IMG/VR virus record: IMGVR_UViG_3300029955_000003
Length of the DNA: 64,000 bases
Strand: one strand, 5' to 3'
DNA from: an uncultured virus (IMG/VR IMGVR_UViG_3300029955_000003)
Lineage: Duplodnaviria; Heunggongvirae; Uroviricota; Caudoviricetes
Every line of letters starts with the position of its first letter. Position 1 is the first letter of the stretch. Below the pieces are notes generated by a model. The model had not been told where the DNA came from. It was given only the letters and a program-made list of their open reading frames with translations, and ran no database searches. The position numbers and the translations under genes are program-made. This document shows, piece by piece, positions 10,311 through 18,416 of the stretch.

Positions 10311-10505
10311 ATGTTCTAATGTTCTAGGTACATTAGTAAACCTGTTAATATTTGTAAAGGGATATCAGCCCGAAAGACTAGGGCAATTAGCTTTTAGTAC
10401 CGTCTAGATCGGACCAATTCGTTAATTGAGCATCGTCTTGTTTAGAATGTATCACATTCTTTTTTATAGTCAAGGAGTTTTGTTAATTTTATTTAGGATA
10501 ACTTA

Positions 10506-10700
10506 TCATTGTTTTTCAAGAAAAATATGCTTTTTTATGATATTAAATAAACTATCCTGTTTATTTTCTAAATTACACAGTCTTTTTTCTAACTTTTTCC
10601 ACTCACGTCCAGTGACTATTACATCATCAGTGATATTAGTTTTTAACATATTAGGAATGGCATGGGGAACTTGGTCATCAAAATCATTTTCGTTATTCAT
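10506..10700 (-). CDS. Small hypothetical protein
   Basis: 64 aa ORF with a GGGGAC SD-like sequence upstream, in line with the neighbouring gene. Confidence 0.45.
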   Translation of the reverse strand: MNNENDFDDQVPHAIPNMLKTNITDDVIVTGREWKKLEKRLCNLENKQDSLFNIIKKHIFLEKQ

Positions 10701-10731
10701 AACAAGTCCCCCATTTTATAATGTCGATTAT

Positions 10732-11244
10732 TTATGGGAAAAGGGGAAATCTTCCTAACAAGGGACGAAGTTCTTCCGCGTCTCCAAAAATATATCCGCC
10801 TGTATCTTCAGGACGCAACGCAATGAATTGATTGCCACGGGGAATAATCGTTAATCCATTAGCAGCCAACAATGCAGCTACTTCGGAATCTACCATAAAA
10901 GGATACTCAGGATCGTGAGTAATTCCAGCCGGGAAGTGTAAGCTTTTAGCAGCATTCACCGCCTGTACCATATCATGGTAATTCAGCGATAGAGTAATCG
11001 TGGTGCCAAATCCCTGCTTGGTTGAATTGCGCCATACCAAATAACCATCCTCTATATACCGCATCGCACATTCTTTTTTAGTGTCGCCACTTCCGGCTTT
11101 TAGTTCAGCAATCCGCTCATATAATTCGAAGACGAATTGGTTGGCACTATGTGCTGCTTGTGCCGCCATTTTTCCGGGATTTAATGAGGGTAAATCGTTC
11201 CTGCATAACAAATATAATCTATAATCTTTTTCAGGCTCTGTCAT
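10732..11244 (-). CDS. Peptidyl-tRNA hydrolase, Pth2-like
   Basis: 'LLCRNDLPSLNPGKMAAQAAHSA' matches the Pth2 R.DL.M..GK.AAQ..HA signature. Start set to ATG 11244 with an AAGGA SD. Confidence 0.75.
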   Translation of the reverse strand: MTEPEKDYRLYLLCRNDLPSLNPGKMAAQAAHSANQFVFELYERIAELKAGSGDTKKECAMRYIEDGYLVWRNSTKQGFGTTITLSLNYHDMVQAVNAAKSLHFPAGITHDPEYPFMVDSEVAALLAANGLTIIPRGNQFIALRPEDTGGYIFGDAEELRPLLGRFPLFP

Positions 11245-11312
11245 AAAATTTTCCTTACGTCTTCTCATTTTAACATATGCTCTTAAATAATACAAGAAGG
11301 ATTTTCTATAAA

Positions 11313-11630
11313 ATGATTGTCAGAACTGGCGAGAAAAAAGAAAAAATAATATTCAACCATGCGGAATGCACCTTCATTTTTAATGAGGCAACCGGGCATC
11401 TGCAAATTATCCGTGGCACTGTTGATGATAATAAGAAGTGGATAGTCTTTTGTATAGAAGACGAAGTGTTCAATGTTCCCGGTGCTATTTGGTTAAGCCA
11501 ACCAGACAATGTCATTGATATGTATCGCGGCGCTCGTTTATATAAATGGTTATTCACCGTTACACAAGAAGAGCGTAAATCAAAAAGAAAATTAAGAGAG
11601 TTTATCGATAGTATTATTACCGACCAGTAA
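11313..11630 (+). CDS. Hypothetical protein
   Basis: ORF with an AGAAGGA SD before ATG 11313. Confidence 0.5.
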   Translation: MIVRTGEKKEKIIFNHAECTFIFNEATGHLQIIRGTVDDNKKWIVFCIEDEVFNVPGAIWLSQPDNVIDMYRGARLYKWLFTVTQEERKSKRKLREFIDSIITDQ

Positions 11631-12279
11631 TTTCGTGTTCCAACGCATCGAGAAGAACTATTTTTTCAGAATTAGAAAATGGTTCGGGAGCATCAAACAT
11701 GATGTGGTCAATCCCCAACATATCTAAAAACACGTTTCCCTCTGAGATTACCAAGTCTTTAAGAACATTTTTTCGTGTGTAGTTGTATTTTAAACTCAAC
11801 TCCGGTGCAGAATTAACCCAAAAAAGATTCAATGTAATCTCCCTATCGTCACCAAGGACAATTGAGTTTTTTAAATTAGTAGTTATTTTGGAAGTGTTGT
11901 CTCTAAAAAAATATCTGATTTCACTACCATCTGTAAAATATAAATTACATGCTGGTACTTCCAACCCCCCACCAATGACATTTTGATAAGTTACAGTTTT
12001 GCCATCAACAACCAATGAAAAAACGCCGTAATCGTAATCCGAAATGTTAAAAATTATAACATAATGTACTTTATTATGAAAGCGGAATTCATAATAAATA
12101 GGTCTTTCGTGACCTTGTGGTAAGGCATGAAGGACAATTGTCCTATACGCTTCCCATACCGAGGACGCTGATTTTTTAATAAATTTACCTTTGGCGTACT
12201 GCTTTTTAAATTCAGCATACAGTTGTTCCGCTGTAGGTAGTCGGTCTATCAAAGGTTTGTTAAAAATAATATCAACCAT
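11617..12279 (-). CDS. Hypothetical protein
   Basis: 220 aa ORF with no recognised motif. Confidence 0.6.
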   Translation of the reverse strand: MVDIIFNKPLIDRLPTAEQLYAEFKKQYAKGKFIKKSASSVWEAYRTIVLHALPQGHERPIYYEFRFHNKVHYVIIFNISDYDYGVFSLVVDGKTVTYQNVIGGGLEVPACNLYFTDGSEIRYFFRDNTSKITTNLKNSIVLGDDREITLNLFWVNSAPELSLKYNYTRKNVLKDLVISEGNVFLDMLGIDHIMFDAPEPFSNSEKIVLLDALEHEITGR

Positions 12280-12360
12280 TCATAATAGATATCACGATTT
12301 CTGATCTTGACAATGCCGTCTTTGTAATATAACATGACGGTGAATAAGGAAATCTTTTAA

Positions 12361-12693
12361 ATGGCTAATCAAACTTATCGTGGGCGCGGCGGCGAGTACG
12401 TTGCTGAATCAGAATATTTTCTTGACCCTATTCTTAAAAACAAATCTCGTCGTAAAGGATATATTGTAAAAAATCCTGAGGGGGAAATCATTGGTAGAAT
12501 TTGCTACGATAGTAATCATGGAGATATGATAGGTTATCATATCGAACTTGGTATGGTGAGACGCATAGCGGCAATTTCCGCACATAATAATCATAATATT
12601 AGAGATTGTCTTTGTCAAATTGCATATTTGCATGGGGCGGGCGAAGATGCCCAAAACAATTTTACTAGACAATTAAAAAGGCGGCGCTTCTGA
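12361..12693 (+). CDS. Hypothetical protein
   Basis: AAGGA SD; TTGACA-N17-TAACAT promoter-like sequence upstream. Confidence 0.6.
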   Translation: MANQTYRGRGGEYVAESEYFLDPILKNKSRRKGYIVKNPEGEIIGRICYDSNHGDMIGYHIELGMVRRIAAISAHNNHNIRDCLCQIAYLHGAGEDAQNNFTRQLKRRRF

Positions 12694-12893
12694 TGAGTAT
12701 CTATTATTGTCCCGGCTGTCTAAGAACCAGTGATCAAGTTGATAAAGAAGGGTGTGGCTCTCAGCGATGCCCTGATTTTGAACGCGTTGACACGATTGAA
12801 GAATTCACTTTAAAAGTTAATGAAAGAATAACAAGCGAAGCTGCGTGGAAGCGGATACTGGCAGAACATTTTTCTAATGAAAAGAAAGGCTAA
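12693..12893 (+). CDS. Small Cys-rich hypothetical protein
   Basis: CPGC...C....C motif; overlaps the upstream stop (TGATG). Confidence 0.5.
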   Translation: MSIYYCPGCLRTSDQVDKEGCGSQRCPDFERVDTIEEFTLKVNERITSEAAWKRILAEHFSNEKKG

Positions 12894-13164
12894 AACCATG
12901 ACCCCCATTTTTCTTTCAAAGGTCGGCACCAACCCTTCGGTATTATCTTTTAATATCAGAGGGGACGATGGGAAGCTTGTTAAAGAGGAAGACAAAAAAG
13001 ACAAAGGTAAAATGAAAACCGTGGTCTTTATTGTTTTATTAGCTTCTATGTGGGGTAAACATTATTATCTTCGTAAAGACGGTTGGAGCGAGGCGCTAGA
13101 AACGGAGCAACACGCCACCACCGCATCCTTATCAGAGGATTTACAAAAATTAGAAAATAAATGA
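12877..13164 (+). CDS. Hypothetical protein
   Basis: ORF continuing the operon; start uncertain. Confidence 0.4.
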   Translation: MKRKAKTMTPIFLSKVGTNPSVLSFNIRGDDGKLVKEEDKKDKGKMKTVVFIVLLASMWGKHYYLRKDGWSEALETEQHATTASLSEDLQKLENK

Positions 13165-13165
13165 T

Positions 13166-13239
13166 TGGTGCCCCCACCAGTAATCAAAACTAGGATTCTA
13201 TCGTACCAAGATAGCGGTATATCACTTACCTATAGGGGC
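13166..13239 (-). tRNA. tRNA-Thr(GGT)
   Basis: Acceptor GCCCCTA/TGGGGGC + ACCA; anticodon arm CTATC-TTGGTAC-GATAG; D-loop AGTGATA; T-loop TTTGATT. Confidence 0.8.
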
Positions 13240-13240
13240 T

Positions 13241-13315
13241 TGGAGCAGCATAGAGGGATCGGACCTCTATTTTCTGAGTGGCGCTCAGAAGTAATATCCA
13301 TTATACTAATGCTGC
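13241..13315 (-). tRNA. tRNA-Gly(GCC), atypical anticodon loop
   Basis: Acceptor GCAGCAT/ATGCTGC + TCCA (U73 as in Gly); anticodon arm TCTGA-GCGCCAC-TCAGA; T-loop TCCGATC. Confidence 0.75.
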
Positions 13316-13383
13316 ATAAATTATATTTAGCATAAACGGAGAATTTGTCAACACGTTTATTTAGTGGAACACTAAATACTTGC

Positions 13384-13956
13384 ATGATAAAATTAACCTC
13401 CACCGGATATAAATTAAAAACACTAGAAAAAACTTGCTTATTTTGTAATAAGTTATTTCAAGCCGATCTTAAAGAACATAATCGTGGCAATGCACGGTTC
13501 TGTTCTTTATCATGTTCTTCGAAGTATCACCAATCACAAAAACCAAGACCTGAACCGAACCATTCATGTGCATATTGTGGCACATCAATTTATAAAACTC
13601 CCGCCAGAATTAAAACATCACGTAATGGAATTTTCTTTTGTAATAGATTATGCAAAGAAAATGCTCAGAGGCTAGATAGTGATAACCCCGTACCTGAAAT
13701 TAGACCGCCACATTTTGGTACTTTAGATTCTTTTGATGTTTATCGTAAATTAATGTTACGGAGAAAGCCTTTACATGAGTGGGTATGTGAAGAATGTGGG
13801 TTTGATAAACACCCTGAAATTATACAGGTTCACCACAAAGATAGAGATAGAACAAATAGTAAAATTGAAAACTTACAACTACTATGCCCGAATTGTCACA
13901 CATGGGATCATTATGAAAATAATGACGGTCTGTATTCTCGGAAAATTATTAAGTAA
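13384..13956 (+). CDS. HNH homing endonuclease with N-terminal Zn-finger repeats
   Basis: CxxC repeats and 'CEECG...IQVHHKDRDRTNSKIENLQLLCPNCH'. Inserted antisense within the tRNA array. Confidence 0.85.
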   Translation: MIKLTSTGYKLKTLEKTCLFCNKLFQADLKEHNRGNARFCSLSCSSKYHQSQKPRPEPNHSCAYCGTSIYKTPARIKTSRNGIFFCNRLCKENAQRLDSDNPVPEIRPPHFGTLDSFDVYRKLMLRRKPLHEWVCEECGFDKHPEIIQVHHKDRDRTNSKIENLQLLCPNCHTWDHYENNDGLYSRKIIK

Positions 13957-13962
13957 TGTAAG

Positions 13963-14038
13963 TGGAGTGCCGGGAATTTGAATCCCGCTGAAAATTCTCC
14001 TTGCAAAAGAGACGACCACCCTAGCAGTCCCGCACCCC
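13963..14038 (-). tRNA. tRNA-Ala(TGC)
   Basis: Acceptor GGGGTGC/GCACTCC with the G3:U70 identity pair; anticodon arm TCTCT-TTTGCAA-GGAGA; T-loop TTCAAAT. Confidence 0.85.
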
Positions 14039-14093
14039 AAAGTAACCCCAAGTGGTGCGCCTATTGGCGTTTGGGGTTTTATTAGGTAGTAAG

Positions 14094-14164
14094 AGCGGGT
14101 ACGACGAATCAAACGCCGGTCTAGAGTTTGGAAAACTCCAGCTTTGTCACTAAGCTACACCCGC
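14094..14164 (-). tRNA. tRNA-Gly(TCC)
   Basis: Acceptor GCGGGTG/TACCCGC + T; anticodon arm GGAGT-TTTCCAA-ACTCT; D-loop AGTGACA; T-loop TTTGATT. Confidence 0.8.
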
Positions 14165-14235
14165 GAAGGCACATATGTCTATACCAAGTCCGCTAAAGTC
14201 TTGTAATATCTATTTAGCAAAACAAATCAGTTTCG

Positions 14236-14568
14236 TCAAGAGGTTTCTAAATCTTTTATCGATAACGGTGTGTGTTTTTCTATTTGTGATACATCTACCG
14301 CTAATAATGGGATAGAAATCAACGGCATTGGCTTCCCACTATCTAATTTTACAACACCAATCACTTCGTCCATGTGTATAGGCAACGGTGCCTGATCCAT
14401 TGTCATATCTTTATTAATCACTGGTGGGGCAGGACGGTCTTTATAGACAATGACACGTTTGACTTTGCGGGGCGCTTGTTGCTTTTTCAAAAAGACCCCT
14501 GTGACTTTAAACCATAATGCAATTAAGATTATGATTCCAGCCAAATATATTACAATATAATGGTCCAT
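14236..14568 (-). CDS. Hypothetical membrane-anchored protein
   Basis: N-terminal hydrophobic helix followed by basic residues. Confidence 0.55.
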   Translation of the reverse strand: MDHYIVIYLAGIIILIALWFKVTGVFLKKQQAPRKVKRVIVYKDRPAPPVINKDMTMDQAPLPIHMDEVIGVVKLDSGKPMPLISIPLLAVDVSQIEKHTPLSIKDLETS

Positions 14569-14582
14569 TACCTACCCATCAA

Positions 14583-14894
14583 TCATCTGATACATTTATG
14601 AACTTCCGTCCAACGCTCATACCCATGATCTTTCACAAATTGTTGCACAGTCTGCCAAGCGTGGATATCGCAGTCGGTATCGGAAAGGTTTTTAGATTCA
14701 ATTATATCAGGCGCACATTGATCATCCGCGATGCACAGAACCACAGGAATCCTATATTTGTGCATTAGATAATCATATTTGTGCGGATCATTAAATTCGC
14801 CCGGACCTATATTACCGGTTCGCCGCAGCGTGTCAGCTTGTACCAAGGAAGCCGCCATACAGATTCCAAAAATTAGAGGAACTAATATTTTCAT
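14583..14894 (-). CDS. Hypothetical protein with signal peptide
   Basis: MKILVPLIFGICMAASLVQA signal-like N-terminus; AAGGA SD. Confidence 0.55.
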   Translation of the reverse strand: MKILVPLIFGICMAASLVQADTLRRTGNIGPGEFNDPHKYDYLMHKYRIPVVLCIADDQCAPDIIESKNLSDTDCDIHAWQTVQQFVKDHGYERWTEVHKCIR

Positions 14895-14937
14895 TAATAC
14901 ATCCTTTGTATGAAAATATCACACAAAGATGGATATG

Positions 14938-15165
14938 TCAATGACCGGCTTTGAAAATCTGCTTATCATCATATTCAATGATGATTTTAATTTTAGCATT
15001 TTTATAAAAGGTCTGCGACACCGGCTCCATAAACTTGTGGTCGATATAAGTGATATGGATATCCCTATCGTAGTCAGCAATTGTAAGAACCTCGCCGCCG
15101 ACATTATCGCTATGGGGCTTAGCCCTAACCAGCATTCCGGTAATTTCAATTTCTTTAGTAGTCAT
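14938..15165 (-). CDS. Hypothetical protein
   Basis: 75 aa ORF co-oriented with its neighbours. Confidence 0.45.
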   Translation of the reverse strand: MTTKEIEITGMLVRAKPHSDNVGGEVLTIADYDRDIHITYIDHKFMEPVSQTFYKNAKIKIIIEYDDKQIFKAGH

Positions 15166-15275
15166 TTGGAGGTGTGAGAGAATTTTGCAATCTCATTGAC
15201 GCAGATTTGCAGTCTGCCGCGTAACTTTTCCGCCACCACACCATATTGTATATTTAGACAATCTAATACTGATCG

Positions 15276-16925
15276 TCAAGGACTATTCCACACCCAACGT
15301 TTTTTACCACAATCCCATATCCTAAGATATCCAAGTTTTTGCATAGCTTCTCGTTCAGTTTCTCCTTCCGCAAAAACATAATTAAATTTTTTAGATATCA
15401 AATCTTTCCTGAATGAAGATTTATGAAACCGCTTTTCTCCTTTTACATAGCTATAGTCGATTGGAAGTTCTTTGTCGAGGACAAACCCTAACTTTTCATA
15501 TACCCCACCGTTGAACCACCGGTTATCTGAAAATGATACAATCTCTCTAGGATTATAATTTTTAATAAAAGATTTAAACAATTTATTGGCTAACCCTGCA
15601 TGAGATACACCATCGGTAGCAAAGCGGGATAATTCCCACTCAGCCGAGTTTTGACGGGTCGGATGACCAAAGGTCATCACAGCTACCAAAGAATCGCCAT
15701 CAAAAGCACCTAATGCGGCTTTTGTTGAATATGGCGCTCCTTGAATATGCTCTTTATTAAGAAATTCATGGGCAAGCTCATTGGTAATTTCTTTAATAGT
15801 TAATTTTCTAGCCGGTAATCCTTTCTCTGATATGCCAAGGCGATGTTTAAGAACTTTTTTAATAACTTCAGTGCGTTCCACCCATTCGTCTTCAAAAATA
15901 GTAATTAACTCATATCCTGCGCTTGCAGCCATATCATATTTAAATCTAGCTTCGTTGGCATCAACCAGTACATCATTATGCCAATACAAACCATTATGTT
16001 CGATAGCCATCCTCTTGCTAGGGATAACGATATCCAACTCTTTTGGTTTTATAATTATCCGGTTGCCAGAATCTTCAACATCAATATCTAAAGATTTGAC
16101 GAAGGCTCTTATATCCCGTTCAGCTTTAGAATCTTTGGTAGTACATTTTGAACACCCGCAACCGCCAATGTGGATACCCGGTTTTTGTAAAAATACCCCG
16201 TGATCATTACATATTATCTCAACTGGAGTCTCATAGTCAATATAATTATTATATTTGTACCTATCACCATGTACTGATGTTGCACGGGTTACAAACTCAT
16301 TAAATGATAACCGCACCTGTTCTGCGGTATATTCCTTCGCACAAGCTTGACATCCCCTACCCTGTAGATGATCAGCAGGAGTTTGCTCAAATTCACCATG
16401 CTTTTCACACACGATTTTAATTTTTTCTTTATTACGTAAGTAATCAGCGTTATTATAATCGTACATGTCGCCGTGTACTTTTTTAGCTTTATCAATAAAC
16501 CAATCTGTACTTTTGGTCCGCTTTTTGGCTCGCTGTATGAGCGCACATTGCGGACATTTCTGTCCATAGAGATGCGCAGCGGGAGTCTGATCAAAATCAC
16601 CATGATCAGGACATGTGATGGCTACTTTTAATGTGGATTTTATATAGATGGTTTTTGAATAATCATACCGGTTGTCATGAGTTATGTTTGCCTGTTCTAT
16701 AAACCACGCAGTGTCTTTAATTTTAGGAGCGGTACTACGCTCCCTTCCACACTCAGGGCATCCTGTGCCTTGTAGGTGCGCAGACGCGGTTTGTTTAAAA
16801 TCCCCATGGACAGAACACGTAATAAGAACTTTGTCGGCGGCTTTGGTGTACGCCGTGTTGGTATAATCATATAGATTGCCATGTTTGGCGATGGCTTTTT
16901 CTATAAACTTTTCAGTATTATTCAA
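15276..16925 (-). CDS. Homing-endonuclease-like protein (DUF723-like repeats + Vsr/PD-(D/E)xK-like nuclease + GNAT-like C-terminus)
   Basis: Four FIEKA..HG..YDY...I.C..HG.F.Q....HL.G..CP.C repeats, 'ELDIVIPSKRMAIEHNGLYWH', and C-terminal 'WELSRFA...GFV...IWDCG'. Confidence 0.75.
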   Translation of the reverse strand: MNNTEKFIEKAIAKHGNLYDYTNTAYTKAADKVLITCSVHGDFKQTASAHLQGTGCPECGRERSTAPKIKDTAWFIEQANITHDNRYDYSKTIYIKSTLKVAITCPDHGDFDQTPAAHLYGQKCPQCALIQRAKKRTKSTDWFIDKAKKVHGDMYDYNNADYLRNKEKIKIVCEKHGEFEQTPADHLQGRGCQACAKEYTAEQVRLSFNEFVTRATSVHGDRYKYNNYIDYETPVEIICNDHGVFLQKPGIHIGGCGCSKCTTKDSKAERDIRAFVKSLDIDVEDSGNRIIIKPKELDIVIPSKRMAIEHNGLYWHNDVLVDANEARFKYDMAASAGYELITIFEDEWVERTEVIKKVLKHRLGISEKGLPARKLTIKEITNELAHEFLNKEHIQGAPYSTKAALGAFDGDSLVAVMTFGHPTRQNSAEWELSRFATDGVSHAGLANKLFKSFIKNYNPREIVSFSDNRWFNGGVYEKLGFVLDKELPIDYSYVKGEKRFHKSSFRKDLISKKFNYVFAEGETEREAMQKLGYLRIWDCGKKRWVWNSP

Positions 16926-16950
16926 TTTCAGTGCCCTGTCTATTATATAG

Positions 16951-16977
16951 AAAAACGGCGGGGAATTTCCCCGCCGT
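16951..16977 (-). terminator. Terminator of the E1-Ubl transcript
   Basis: acggcggggaa/ttccccgccgt stem plus T5 on the minus strand. Confidence 0.8.
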
Positions 16978-17011
16978 GAACTTAATTGAAAAACTTATTT
17001 CGGTATAAGTT

Positions 17012-17224
17012 TCAGAGGTTGCCCGTGATCTTGCCGGAAACCACGACCGTCGCGCCGTCGAAAAGAACGGTGGCAGCGGTGGCGTCCACGTTGGACACCT
17101 TGATCGCCTTGCCAGTGGCGTCGATATTGGCGAGACGCAGAGCGTCCGAAACCTTCGCGCCGTCCTCAAGACCAACTTCCTTAATGCCACCCGGAATCTG
17201 CACGACCTTAACAATAATAGACAT
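17012..17224 (-). CDS. Ubiquitin-like (beta-grasp, ThiS/MoaD-type) small modifier precursor
   Basis: 70 aa: beta-hairpin, 'KVSDALRLA' helix, 'LFDGATVVV' strand, C-terminus KITG-NL. AGAAGGA SD. Adjacent to E1/JAB/E2 genes. Confidence 0.75.
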   Translation of the reverse strand: MSIIVKVVQIPGGIKEVGLEDGAKVSDALRLANIDATGKAIKVSNVDATAATVLFDGATVVVSGKITGNL

Positions 17225-17343
17225 ATAAACTTTTCCTTCTGTCGTAGGGGACTTTGATTTGGACTACAATATGATGCCCCATAAAATCATATTGCAGTTT
17301 AATATCTGACCAGCAGGACGCATCTAGCTAGTCAGAATTTCGT

Positions 17344-18054
17344 TCACGCCGCCTTGGCAACGTCTCCGAACTTGGAATTCATCGTGAACAAAGGGCGGAT
17401 GCTAAGCGAAAGAAAATTATCTTCGATCTTATCGAATCTAATCCAGTTCAACATCTGCCACACTGCCATGTTCGCGATGATTGACGCGGTGGAACCAATC
17501 GTGGTTTGACCACCACAGGCGCTAACCTCAGCCTCCGCATCATCAAAAAGCGTGTTATACCAATCATTAAACTCTCTGGTGTTCATCGGGGCGACGGTAT
17601 AAATCTCCCCGAATTCGGCACCCATACGAGTTTCAATCAGAAGCTTGGTCTTCATATTCATGTAGACGCATTCTTTACCGATTGCCTTGCGGGACTTCAT
17701 AGTGTCGGTCAGCAAGAAAACAATTTCACCAAGATTCTTCATTCCGGCTTCAACGGCTTCATTATGAACCGTGATCTTCGCGCCGGTCAGGTAGTGGACA
17801 ACATCGGCAATGGCTTCCGCCTTGGGCTTGCCGACATGCGAGGGACCAAACACTTGGTTCGCAAGATTATGTTCCTCAACTTCATCAAAATCCCAAACAT
17901 GAATATTGTTAATTCCAAGCTTGGCGAGCGAGACGATAACCGAGGAACCGGTTGCGCCGCAACCAATGACATCAACCCGACGATCACCAAATTTGCTAGG
18001 CGAGAACACCGAAAGGTGCCGAACGGGATTAATTGGATTGGTAATTTCAGTCAT
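17344..18054 (-). CDS. ThiF/E1-like adenylyltransferase (Ubl-activating enzyme)
   Basis: 'VIGCGATGS', 'DFDEVEEHNLANQ', 'GKPKA', 'LLTDT', and a candidate catalytic Cys in 'SACG'. Confidence 0.9.
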   Translation of the reverse strand: MTEITNPINPVRHLSVFSPSKFGDRRVDVIGCGATGSSVIVSLAKLGINNIHVWDFDEVEEHNLANQVFGPSHVGKPKAEAIADVVHYLTGAKITVHNEAVEAGMKNLGEIVFLLTDTMKSRKAIGKECVYMNMKTKLLIETRMGAEFGEIYTVAPMNTREFNDWYNTLFDDAEAEVSACGGQTTIGSTASIIANMAVWQMLNWIRFDKIEDNFLSLSIRPLFTMNSKFGDVAKAA

Positions 18055-18078
18055 TCAATTTTGTCCTTGTCTATCTTC

Positions 18079-18306
18079 GTTATAATTCATCAACCAAAGT
18101 AAGTCAACCATTTTTTCTAATTTACTTTTTAAGCAGTTTAGAGAAGCAAGTTGTCGTCCCGTTCGGTGTTCCTGTTATAGTCCGTGGGGCAGAGTAAGTC
18201 AACTTCTTTTTCTAATTTACTTTTTATTAAGCAGGTTAGAGAAGTAAGTTGTCGTTGTTGCCCCGTTCGATGTTCTTGTTATACGCCAACAGCTTTTTAT
18301 ATGCAA
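18079..18306 (-). promoter_or_regulatory. Three tandem sigma70-type promoters within imperfect ~95-104 bp repeats
   Basis: TTGCAT-N17-TATAAC (18278-18306), TTGACT-N17-TATAAC (18174-18202), TTGACT-N17-TATAAC (18079-18107). Confidence 0.75.
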
Positions 18307-18355
18307 TCATTAGTTTTCTCTAATTTTGATATCCCGTCTTATAAATTTTTAAGAC

Positions 18356-18384
18356 AAAAAAAGGGGGTTCCGAAGAACCCCCTT
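18356..18384 (-). terminator. Terminator after the JAB gene
   Basis: 10-bp stem with a C(UUCG)G tetraloop and a T-tract on the minus strand. Confidence 0.85.
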
Positions 18385-18416
18385 AAGTTTATTTTTTCAA
18401 CCAGTTTTTTATTTTA

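Noticed and set aside
10426..10758. 110 aa plus-strand ORF
   Set aside because: Overlaps minus-strand genes, has F/L/I-biased shadow composition and no SD.
14044..14078. Hairpin between tRNA-Gly(TCC) and tRNA-Ala as an additional tRNA
   Set aside because: A single short stem-loop with no cloverleaf; likely a spacer or processing structure.
16918..17214. 98 aa alternative-frame ORF over the Ubl gene
   Set aside because: It runs through the terminator and has no SD; the 70 aa frame has an SD and a beta-grasp pattern.
17344..18054. ThiF/MoeB for thiamine or molybdopterin synthesis
   Set aside because: No thiG/moaE-type genes and no Zn-binding CxxC pairs; the JAB and E2 neighbours point to conjugation.
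18079..18326. Possible CRISPR mini-array
   Set aside because: Repeats are ~80 nt and degenerate, the variable parts coincide with 17-nt promoter spacers, and no cas genes are in the window.
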